A DNA stretch of 18,189 bases from a bacterium (lineage in GTDB: Bacteria > Hinthialibacterota > Hinthialibacteria > Hinthialibacterales > Hinthialibacteraceae): positions 1 to 18,189 of the forward strand of contig JBHGBC010000124.1 in NCBI GenBank assembly GCA_041946805.1. The letters are read 5' to 3'. The translations under genes and the position numbers were made by a program. A model generated the notes under the pieces. It did no database searches, was not told the origin of the DNA, and saw only the letters and a program-made list of their open reading frames with translations. Numbering within the stretch: position 1 is the stretch's first letter; the number at the start of each line of letters is the position of its first letter. Shown piece by piece: positions 1 through 6,750 of this stretch.

Positions 1-40
1 TCTCTTCGAAATGATCGATGAAAACCACCCCCGAAATTCC

Positions 41-104
41 CTCTCCCTCTGGGAGAGGGCCAGGGTGAGGGAATTTTTGCCGGGGCGGACCTGGGTGTCC
101 GCCC
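41..104. repeat. Composite palindromic (REP/boxC-like) repeat, copy 1
   Basis: CCCTCTCCC-TCT-GGGAGAGGG hairpin (39-59), then CAGGGTGAGGGAATTTT and a second hairpin GGGCGGAC-CTGGGT-GTCCGCCC (83-104). 62/64 identical to 576-639. Confidence 0.9.
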
Positions 105-276
105 TCATCCCGGAGTGAATAAAATCGATTTTACCTCATTATTACGCACTTCCCGGATGAACCTTTTTTTACTCTGTGGCCCATCGATGCAACATTTCAC
201 TCCCGCCCATCCCCCATTGAAAAAAAATGGCTATCATGCTCCCCATTCTGAATCTCACCGGTCCGAGGTTTGAAAC

Positions 277-555
277 ATGAATCCCCAACTGTATTTCATT
301 GTTCTCTCCGATAACACCGTCCTGGTGGCCTCCTTCGATCCCGCTACCCGTACGCGCCGGCTCTACCCCTTGAAGGACTGGCTGCATTCGGACCAGCCCG
401 CACCCGCGGTGGATTCGGCGGAAGCATGGCTGGAAGACAACGGCTCGGCCGTGGACTCGGTGTACGCCATTGAGCCGGAAACCCGGACCGTCTCGTTCGA
501 CACCAAACTCATGCTCGAGTACACGGAACTGATCGACGAGATGAAACTGTATTGA
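277..555 (+). CDS. Hypothetical protein, 92 aa, acidic
   Basis: ATG preceded by GAGG; GC-rich third codon positions as in neighbouring genes; protein-like composition; terminator-like hairpin downstream at 686-707. No family recognised. Confidence 0.75.
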   Translation: MNPQLYFIVLSDNTVLVASFDPATRTRRLYPLKDWLHSDQPAPAVDSAEAWLEDNGSAVDSVYAIEPETRTVSFDTKLMLEYTELIDEMKLY

Positions 556-575
556 GGCGATAAATCCCAAATCCT

Positions 576-639
576 CTCTCCCTCTGGGAGAGGGCCAGGG
601 TGAGGGAATTTTTGCAGAGGCGGACCTGGGTGTCCGCCC
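576..639. repeat. Composite palindromic (REP/boxC-like) repeat, copy 2, direct orientation to copy 1
   Basis: CTCTCCCTCTGGGAGAGGGCCAGGGTGAGGGAATTTTTGCAGAGGCGGACCTGGGTGTCCGCCC; 2 mismatches to 41-104. Confidence 0.9.
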
Positions 640-685
640 GAATCATCGTGGATGGAATGAATTCTTCACCAGCAGGTACGCGCGG

Positions 686-707
686 GCCGGATGATCCGGT
701 TTTTTTC
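686..707 (+). terminator. Probable intrinsic terminator
   Basis: CCGGA-TGA-TCCGG stem followed by a run of T (TTTTTTTCTTT). Confidence 0.6.
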
Positions 708-788
708 TTTCTTGTTCATGGCATAATGGCCCAACCACGCCGCGGGACCGGATGGTTTCCGCGCGAGATCCGGGATGAGGTATTGAGC

Positions 789-2696
789 ATGAAACGAATC
801 ACAAGTGGATTGGTATTCTGGATGATCGTGGCCGGGGCAGTGGGATTCACCGCCTCCGCCGCCACGGTAACCGAAGTAAAACCGGGCGTCTTTTTCCGGG
901 TGACGGACCAGGGATGCAACAACGGCTGGATCGTCTTTCAGGATTACGTGCTGGTCATCGACTCGAACATCCCCAACGAAGCGGTCCGGGTGATCGAGGA
1001 TATCCGGAAAACCACGGATAAACCCATCCGTTTCGTGTTCGACACCCATCACCACTGGGACCACACTTACGGCAATGCCCTCTTCGTCAAGGAAGGGGCG
1101 GCCGTGGTGGCCCAGCGGCGGTGCGCGGAAAAACTCAAAACCATGGACGCCGAGTTCGCGGGATTCATGGAATCGAACGAAGCCAACAAGCCATTCAAGG
1201 ATCTGGGGCTCGCCCACGCCTCCCTGGTGTTCGACGACCGGATGGTGTTCGACGACGGAACCCGGCGCGTCGAGTTGCTGTATTACGGGCACGGCCATAC
1301 CGCGGGTGATGCGGTGGCCTATCTGCCCAAGGAGAAGATCCTCTTCACCGGCGATGCCTGTGTGAACGGCGCGTTCAACTATTTCGGTGAGGCGTACAGC
1401 GAAAAGTGGCTCGAACTGCTGGAGGAGTTCGAGGGTCTGGACGTGGAAACCATCTGCCCCGGCCATGGCGAAAAAGCGGGGAAAGATCTGCTGAAAACCC
1501 AACAGAATTATTTCCTCCAGCTGCGGGAACAGGTGCAAAAAGGCGTCGATGCCGGCCTGTCCCTGGAAGCGGTCCAAAAAAACATCGATATCCCCCTCTA
1601 CAAAAAATGGACAGGCATCGATCCCCCCAAGGAACACATTGAACATATTTATAAGGAAATGACGGGGCTGATCATCCCCTGGCAATTGGCCGAGCTGAAC
1701 CTTGTCGAAGGCCCGTCGCCCACGCGGAACACACCCGGATGGACTCCCCCCAGGAAAATCGTCACCCGGACCACGGATGAAAAAGAACTGGCCGCGCTGA
1801 AGCGGGTGGCTCCCAACCTGGATATCGTCAGCGTCCGTTCGAACCGGGAGATGCGGCAGGCCATCGCGGACGCCGACGGCGCGGAAGAACCGATCACCCG
1901 GGAGATTTTCGCCTCGGCGAAAAAACTGCGCTGGGTGCATTCGCGCAGCGCCGGCGTGGAGGATGTGCTCTTCCCGGACTTCGTCAAGAGCGATGTCATC
2001 CTCACCAACGGCAAGGCCACGCACGGAGCGACGATCGCCGATCACGTGCTGGGCTTCATGCTCATGTTCAGCAAGGGACTGGCCGCGCAATACCGCGAGC
2101 AGCTCCAAGGCCGGTGGCGGCATGTTACCCCGCCGCCTCAGCAAACCCTGGAAGGCAAGACCCTGCTGATTATGGGGCTGGGCGGCATCGGGCGCGAAAC
2201 GGCCCGGCGGGCCGCCGGATTCGGCATGAAGATCCTCGCCGTGGATTTCAACCGCGATGACCAACCGCAATATGTCACGTATATCGGCCGGCCGGACGAA
2301 CTGCCCGAACTGTTGCCCCGGGCGGACTTCGTGCTCAGCACCGTGCCCCTCACGGATCAAACCTTCCACTCTTTTGACAAGGATTGCTTCGCGAAAATGA
2401 AGCCCTCGGCCTATTTCATCAACGTGGGCCGCGGGCAGACCGTCAACCAGGACGACCTGGTGGACGCGCTGAAGAACAAACTCCTCGCCGGGGCGGCCAT
2501 GGATGTCACCGATCCCGAACCGCTCCCCCCGGATCATCCCCTGTGGAGCCTGGACAATGTCATCATCACCCCGCACATGTCGGGCCGCACGGTGCAAAGC
2601 GCGTTATTGCGCAAGCTGCTGTTCCGCGAAAACGTCCGCCGCTTCGCCAACGGCGAACCGTTGTTGAACGTGGTGGATAAAGTGAAGGGGTATTGA
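789..2696 (+). CDS. Fusion protein: signal peptide + MBL-fold metallo-hydrolase + D-isomer-specific 2-hydroxyacid dehydrogenase (635 aa)
   Basis: Start moved from 600 to ATG 789 (GAGG RBS; the upstream extension runs through the repeat and terminator). N-terminus MKRITSGLVFWMIVAGAVGFTASA is Sec-like. MBL motifs: THHHWDH, GHTAGD, FTGD, PGHG. Dehydrogenase motifs: GLGGIG, INVGRG, DVTDPEPL, TPHMSG. Confidence 0.9.
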   Translation: MKRITSGLVFWMIVAGAVGFTASAATVTEVKPGVFFRVTDQGCNNGWIVFQDYVLVIDSNIPNEAVRVIEDIRKTTDKPIRFVFDTHHHWDHTYGNALFVKEGAAVVAQRRCAEKLKTMDAEFAGFMESNEANKPFKDLGLAHASLVFDDRMVFDDGTRRVELLYYGHGHTAGDAVAYLPKEKILFTGDACVNGAFNYFGEAYSEKWLELLEEFEGLDVETICPGHGEKAGKDLLKTQQNYFLQLREQVQKGVDAGLSLEAVQKNIDIPLYKKWTGIDPPKEHIEHIYKEMTGLIIPWQLAELNLVEGPSPTRNTPGWTPPRKIVTRTTDEKELAALKRVAPNLDIVSVRSNREMRQAIADADGAEEPITREIFASAKKLRWVHSRSAGVEDVLFPDFVKSDVILTNGKATHGATIADHVLGFMLMFSKGLAAQYREQLQGRWRHVTPPPQQTLEGKTLLIMGLGGIGRETARRAAGFGMKILAVDFNRDDQPQYVTYIGRPDELPELLPRADFVLSTVPLTDQTFHSFDKDCFAKMKPSAYFINVGRGQTVNQDDLVDALKNKLLAGAAMDVTDPEPLPPDHPLWSLDNVIITPHMSGRTVQSALLRKLLFRENVRRFANGEPLLNVVDKVKGY

Positions 2697-2701
2697 GTTA
2701 T

Positions 2702-3580
2702 TCACCACCGCCACACCTCCCCCGTCAGCGGATCCACATACGCCCGATGGGTGGGAACGCGGCGGGAGCGGGACGGCAGGGAATGCTTTTCGGCCACCGT
2801 CACTACCCGCAACGCGGAAGCCAACGGTTCCAGCATCATCCGCCGGGCTTCGTCCGGACCACCCAAAAACCTCCGGTCCAATTCGATTTGGATCGCCTGC
2901 ACGCGGGGCTCCCTCCCATACGCCTGCGTCACGAACGCCCCTTGGTAATAGCCTTGGGTGATCACCCGGCATCCGCCTTGTTCAAGAATGGATCGAAGCG
3001 TGAATAAAACCGCCGGATCGCAACTACGCCCCTGGTCCGTTCCCAAATAAATTACGGGACCGCCCTCCCGCGCGTGCGCGGGCAGGGGATTCGCGCTGTG
3101 CAGGCTGATCAACACCGAATGGCCGAAACGGTTCACGCTCTCCTCCACCTGCTTTCGCAATTCATCATGATACGGATACCAAAAACGCCGCAGGCGGTCT
3201 TCGACCTCCTCCGGATCGAGCGGCGCGTCATACAAGGGAACCACTCGGCGGTTCGGCCGGGTGAAGGGAACGATCACCCCGCCGTCCTCGTGCGCCCGCG
3301 CGCCCGGCCAGCGGGGACACACCCGCGCGTCCACCCGGTCCGCTCCCCGGTTCAGATCGGCCACAAGACGGGAGATCCGGGACGCCAGCAAGACTCCCCC
3401 CGCGGTTTGCAGTAAATATTCTTCCGCGATGTCGATGTGGTTGTCCCACCGCCGGCGGGCCGCCTCGGCCAGACGGGGATGATTTTGATAGTCCGGTGGG
3501 ACTTCGCGGCCGTGATGCGGCGATTCCCAAACCACGCCGCGGACGGCTCCCGCGGCCAGATGATACGGTAACGCGCCCAT
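2702..3580 (-). CDS. N-formylglutamate amidohydrolase (HutG-like) family protein
   Basis: Motifs SPHHG, SRLVADLNR, FWYPYH, SLHS, IYLGT, YQGAFVT, AIQIELDR. Start set at ATG 3580 because the longer ORF (to 3877) overlaps the divergent oxidoreductase. Confidence 0.85.
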   Translation of the reverse strand: MGALPYHLAAGAVRGVVWESPHHGREVPPDYQNHPRLAEAARRRWDNHIDIAEEYLLQTAGGVLLASRISRLVADLNRGADRVDARVCPRWPGARAHEDGGVIVPFTRPNRRVVPLYDAPLDPEEVEDRLRRFWYPYHDELRKQVEESVNRFGHSVLISLHSANPLPAHAREGGPVIYLGTDQGRSCDPAVLFTLRSILEQGGCRVITQGYYQGAFVTQAYGREPRVQAIQIELDRRFLGGPDEARRMMLEPLASALRVVTVAEKHSLPSRSRRVPTHRAYVDPLTGEVWRW

Positions 3581-3688
3581 GGCGATATGAGGTTTTCCTA
3601 CCTCTTCCCTTCCCTGTCCCCGGCGGATTTTGATAAGGTCATGATACGCGAAGGGCGCGAATACCGGAACGAAGCAAGGAGAAAAACC

Positions 3689-4900
3689 GTGAAACGCAGA
3701 GACTTTCACCGGACCGCGATCGCCATGGGCGCCTGGGGACTCTCCGCCGCGCAAGCCGTGTCCGTTGGGGGCGCGAACGACCGGCTCCGGGTGGCGGTGA
3801 TCGGCTGCGGCGTGCGGGGCTCGCAGCATATCCCCGATATCCTGGAATGCCGCGGAATGGGCGTGGATATCAGCCATGTGTGCGACGTGTGGCGCGGGGC
3901 GCGCGAAGCCGCCATGGCCGCTGTCAAAAAAGTCCAGGAAACGCCCGCCCAGGCCGTGGAGGATTATCGCTCAATCCTATCCAGCCCCGAGGTGGACGCG
4001 GTCGTCATCGCCACGCCCGACTTCAGCCACGCGAAGATCCTCAAGGAAGCGGCCGAGGCCGGCAAGGACGCCTACTGCGAAAAACCCATGGCCGTGAACC
4101 TCCAGGAAGCCCTGGCCGCCGCGGACGCTGTCCGCGCCAACCAACGCGTGGTGCAAATCGGCACCCAATACCGCAGCGACGGCCACTTCATCGCCTGCGC
4201 GAACGCGGTGCACTCCGGCGTGCTGGGCCTGATCACGCGGATCGCCATTTCCCAAAACTTCAACGAACCCCGCTGGCGCAAGAATTACGAGGATGTGCGG
4301 GATAGTGACGTGAACTGGCCGCTGTTCGAGTTGCACCACGGAACCCATCCGTTCAGCGCCAAAAAGTTCCGCCGCTGGTACCTCTACCGCGACTACACCA
4401 ACGGACTGCCGGGACTCTGGATGTCGCATTACCTCAACGCCGTGGCCTGGTTCATGCAAGATTTCTTCCCCGCCGAAGTGGTGTGCAGCGCCTCCGTGCG
4501 CCGCTGGGGCGACGACGGCCGCGAAACCGAAGACACTCTCAGCGCCATCCTCGATTATCCCTCCGGTTTCCAGCTCAACTTCTCTATGAGCCTGTGCAAC
4601 TCGGCCGACACGCACTTCATCATCTATGGCAGCAACGGCAAGCTGGACGTGTGGACCCGGGAACTCTCCGGCGACGGCGGCGGCGGCCCGGACCAAATCA
4701 AGGAAAAGCGCGTCCTTCCGCCCGAAAATCCGCCCAACAGCCACATGGCCGATTTTCTCGATTGCATCCGCTCCCGCAAGGATCCCCGCTGTCCGGTGGA
4801 GATGGGCCTGGCCCATTCCGTGGCCGGCATCCTGTGCGCCGAATCCAACCGCCTGGGCAAACGCCTGCGCTACGACCGCGAGAAACGGGAGATTGTATAA
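3689..4900 (+). CDS. Gfo/Idh/MocA-family oxidoreductase with twin-arginine signal (403 aa)
   Basis: GTG 3689 after AAGGAG; KRRDF Tat motif; GANDRLRVAVIGCGVRG, IATPD, YCEKP, QIGTQYRS. Confidence 0.92.
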   Translation: MKRRDFHRTAIAMGAWGLSAAQAVSVGGANDRLRVAVIGCGVRGSQHIPDILECRGMGVDISHVCDVWRGAREAAMAAVKKVQETPAQAVEDYRSILSSPEVDAVVIATPDFSHAKILKEAAEAGKDAYCEKPMAVNLQEALAAADAVRANQRVVQIGTQYRSDGHFIACANAVHSGVLGLITRIAISQNFNEPRWRKNYEDVRDSDVNWPLFELHHGTHPFSAKKFRRWYLYRDYTNGLPGLWMSHYLNAVAWFMQDFFPAEVVCSASVRRWGDDGRETEDTLSAILDYPSGFQLNFSMSLCNSADTHFIIYGSNGKLDVWTRELSGDGGGGPDQIKEKRVLPPENPPNSHMADFLDCIRSRKDPRCPVEMGLAHSVAGILCAESNRLGKRLRYDREKREIV

Positions 4901-4901
4901 T

Positions 4902-5037
4902 CCCCTCTCCCCCCGGGAGATAATGACGGCGGGGGATAACCCGTGTTGGCATGGCCTTCCAGGTCATGGTTGGACCATTCCCGGGTTGGAAGCCGGCGCC
5001 CACCTCCTCCTTCCTCCTTTCTCCTTCCCCCTCCCCC
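4902..5037. repeat. Intergenic cluster of degenerate repeats
   Basis: Truncated TCTCCC-CCC-GGGAGA hairpin (4906-4920); imperfect inverted pair with CTTCCA (4956-4961) and TGGAAG (4987-4992) around ATGGT-TGG-ACCAT; CTCCTTY heptamer x3 (5007-5027) inside a pure pyrimidine tract (5003-5037). Confidence 0.55.
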
Positions 5038-5139
5038 GCTTGCCTTCCCGCGCCGCGCGGTTTACAGTCAACCGGAACACGAAAACCAATCGCCGCGCGA
5101 CATCGTGGAATTCATGCACACAAGGGAGGCATAGGTATC

Positions 5140-6477
5140 ATGCAGAAACCAAAATCGGAATCCAAAGGCATGTCCCGCCGGACATTCACCCAAACCGCCG
5201 CGGGACTCGGCATCGCCGCCCTGGCCGCCGGCCCCTTCCCCGGCCGCGTGCTGGGAGCCAACGATCGGATCAACCTCGCGGCCATCGGCGTGCACGGCAT
5301 GGGCAATTACAACGCCGAACAACTGATGCAGGTCCCCGGCGCGCAGTTCACCGACGTCTGCGACGTGGACCAGCGCGAGGTGGAAAAATTCCAGAACCTG
5401 TTCGAGGATAAGTACAAGTTGAAACTCGAGGGCCACAAGGATTTCCGCAAGGTCCTCGAAAAAAAGGAAGTCGACGCGGTCTCCATCGCCACCCCCGACC
5501 ACTGGCACGCGCTGATCTTCATCCAAGCCTGCGAGGCGGGCAAGGACATCTACTGCGAAAAGCCCATCTCCCACAACATCATGGAGGGTCGGGCCATGGT
5601 CAACGCGGCCAAGAAATTCAACCGCGTCGTCCAGATCGGCTCCTGGCAGCGCAGCGTCCAGCACTTCCAGGACGCCATCGACTTCGTCCGCTCCGGCAAG
5701 CTCGGGACCATCACGGTGTGCCGCGCCTGGCTGAACGGCAACAGCGACGGCATGGGCTTCCGACGCCCCTCCGCCCCCCCGGAAGGCGTGGATTACGATT
5801 TCTGGCTCGGACCCGCCCCCTTCTCGCTCTTCCAGGAAAACCGCTTCCACTGGGACTGGCGCTGGTGGTTCGACTTCGCCGGCGGGCAGACCGCCGACTG
5901 GGGCGTCCACATGATGGACATCGTCTGCCTGGCGATGGGCGACTGGGATCCGCTGGAAATCTCCTCGTTCGGCGGGAATTTCTTCATCCAGGACGGCCGC
6001 GACACCCCCGACACCCAGGTCGCCATCTTCAAGTTCAAGGACTTCGTGCTGCACTGGGAAGTGCGGTGGGGCAACGGGCGCGCGCTGGACGGCTTTTCCT
6101 CCGGTCACGGCTCGGAATGGATCGGCCGCAACGGGCAACTGGGCGTCAACCGCGAGAAATGCGAGGTGTTCTCCGAGGGCCAGGGCGACAACCTGCGCCT
6201 CGAGGAGAAACCCGAAACGGTCACGCCCATCCCCAACAGCCACCACGCCAACTTCATCGAGTGCATGCGCACGCGCCAAACCCCGCGCTCGGACATCGAA
6301 TCCATGCACAAGACCACGGCGCTGTGCCACCTGGCCAATATCGCCTTCCGCACCGGCAAAAAACTGGAGTGGGACGCCTCCCGGGAAGTCATCACCAACG
6401 AACCGTCGGCCATGGATTGCCCCCAGTACCGCCGCGAATACCGCGCGCCCTGGAAACTGCCGGTTTATTCCTTGTAA
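5140..6477 (+). CDS. Gfo/Idh/MocA-family oxidoreductase with twin-arginine signal (445 aa)
   Basis: ATG 5140 after GGGAGG; SRRTF Tat motif; GANDRINLAAIGVHGMG, IATPDHWH, YCEKP, QIGSWQRS, WLGPAP, DWGVHMMD. Confidence 0.95.
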   Translation: MQKPKSESKGMSRRTFTQTAAGLGIAALAAGPFPGRVLGANDRINLAAIGVHGMGNYNAEQLMQVPGAQFTDVCDVDQREVEKFQNLFEDKYKLKLEGHKDFRKVLEKKEVDAVSIATPDHWHALIFIQACEAGKDIYCEKPISHNIMEGRAMVNAAKKFNRVVQIGSWQRSVQHFQDAIDFVRSGKLGTITVCRAWLNGNSDGMGFRRPSAPPEGVDYDFWLGPAPFSLFQENRFHWDWRWWFDFAGGQTADWGVHMMDIVCLAMGDWDPLEISSFGGNFFIQDGRDTPDTQVAIFKFKDFVLHWEVRWGNGRALDGFSSGHGSEWIGRNGQLGVNREKCEVFSEGQGDNLRLEEKPETVTPIPNSHHANFIECMRTRQTPRSDIESMHKTTALCHLANIAFRTGKKLEWDASREVITNEPSAMDCPQYRREYRAPWKLPVYSL

Positions 6478-6526
6478 GGAGCCCGCGCGCCTCCGCGGGA
6501 TGGAATTCACCCTGCCGGAAAGGCAG

Positions 6527-6559
6527 AATGGCCGGGACCGGGGTTCCGGCCATTTCCTT
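6527..6559 (+). terminator. Probable intrinsic terminator after the oxidoreductase pair
   Basis: AATGGCCGGGAC-CGGG-GTTCCGGCCATT, a 12-bp stem with one G-U pair, followed by TCCTT; a small CTGCC-GGAAA-GGCAG hairpin lies just upstream. Confidence 0.55.
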
Positions 6560-6750
6560 GTGGAAGCAATACGATACAATGACGGATAAATGAATTACTC
6601 AACCGCGAGGTTCGACGGCCCTGTCCCGGCCCGGGGATTCCACGGCCGTGTTGGTATTCGCTTTTCCATCCGATACGAACGGTCCCGGCCCGCCGCGCGT
6701 GTCCGAACCGCCCGCCGCCTCGCGTCCTGATGGCCTTCGTGGGAGAAGTC

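Noticed and set aside
169..570. 133-aa minus-strand ORF
   Set aside because: Antisense to 277-555, which has the better RBS, codon pattern and a downstream terminator.
41..639. CRISPR array
   Set aside because: Only two 64-bp units separated by 471 bp containing a gene; no regular spacers and no cas genes.
600..788. 63-aa N-terminal extension of the fusion ORF
   Set aside because: It starts inside the repeat and crosses a terminator; ATG 789 has an RBS and exposes a signal peptide.
789..1860. Antibiotic-resistance metallo-beta-lactamase
   Set aside because: The fold motifs are general to the superfamily; the FTGD bridging aspartate and the dehydrogenase fusion point to a non-lactamase hydrolase.
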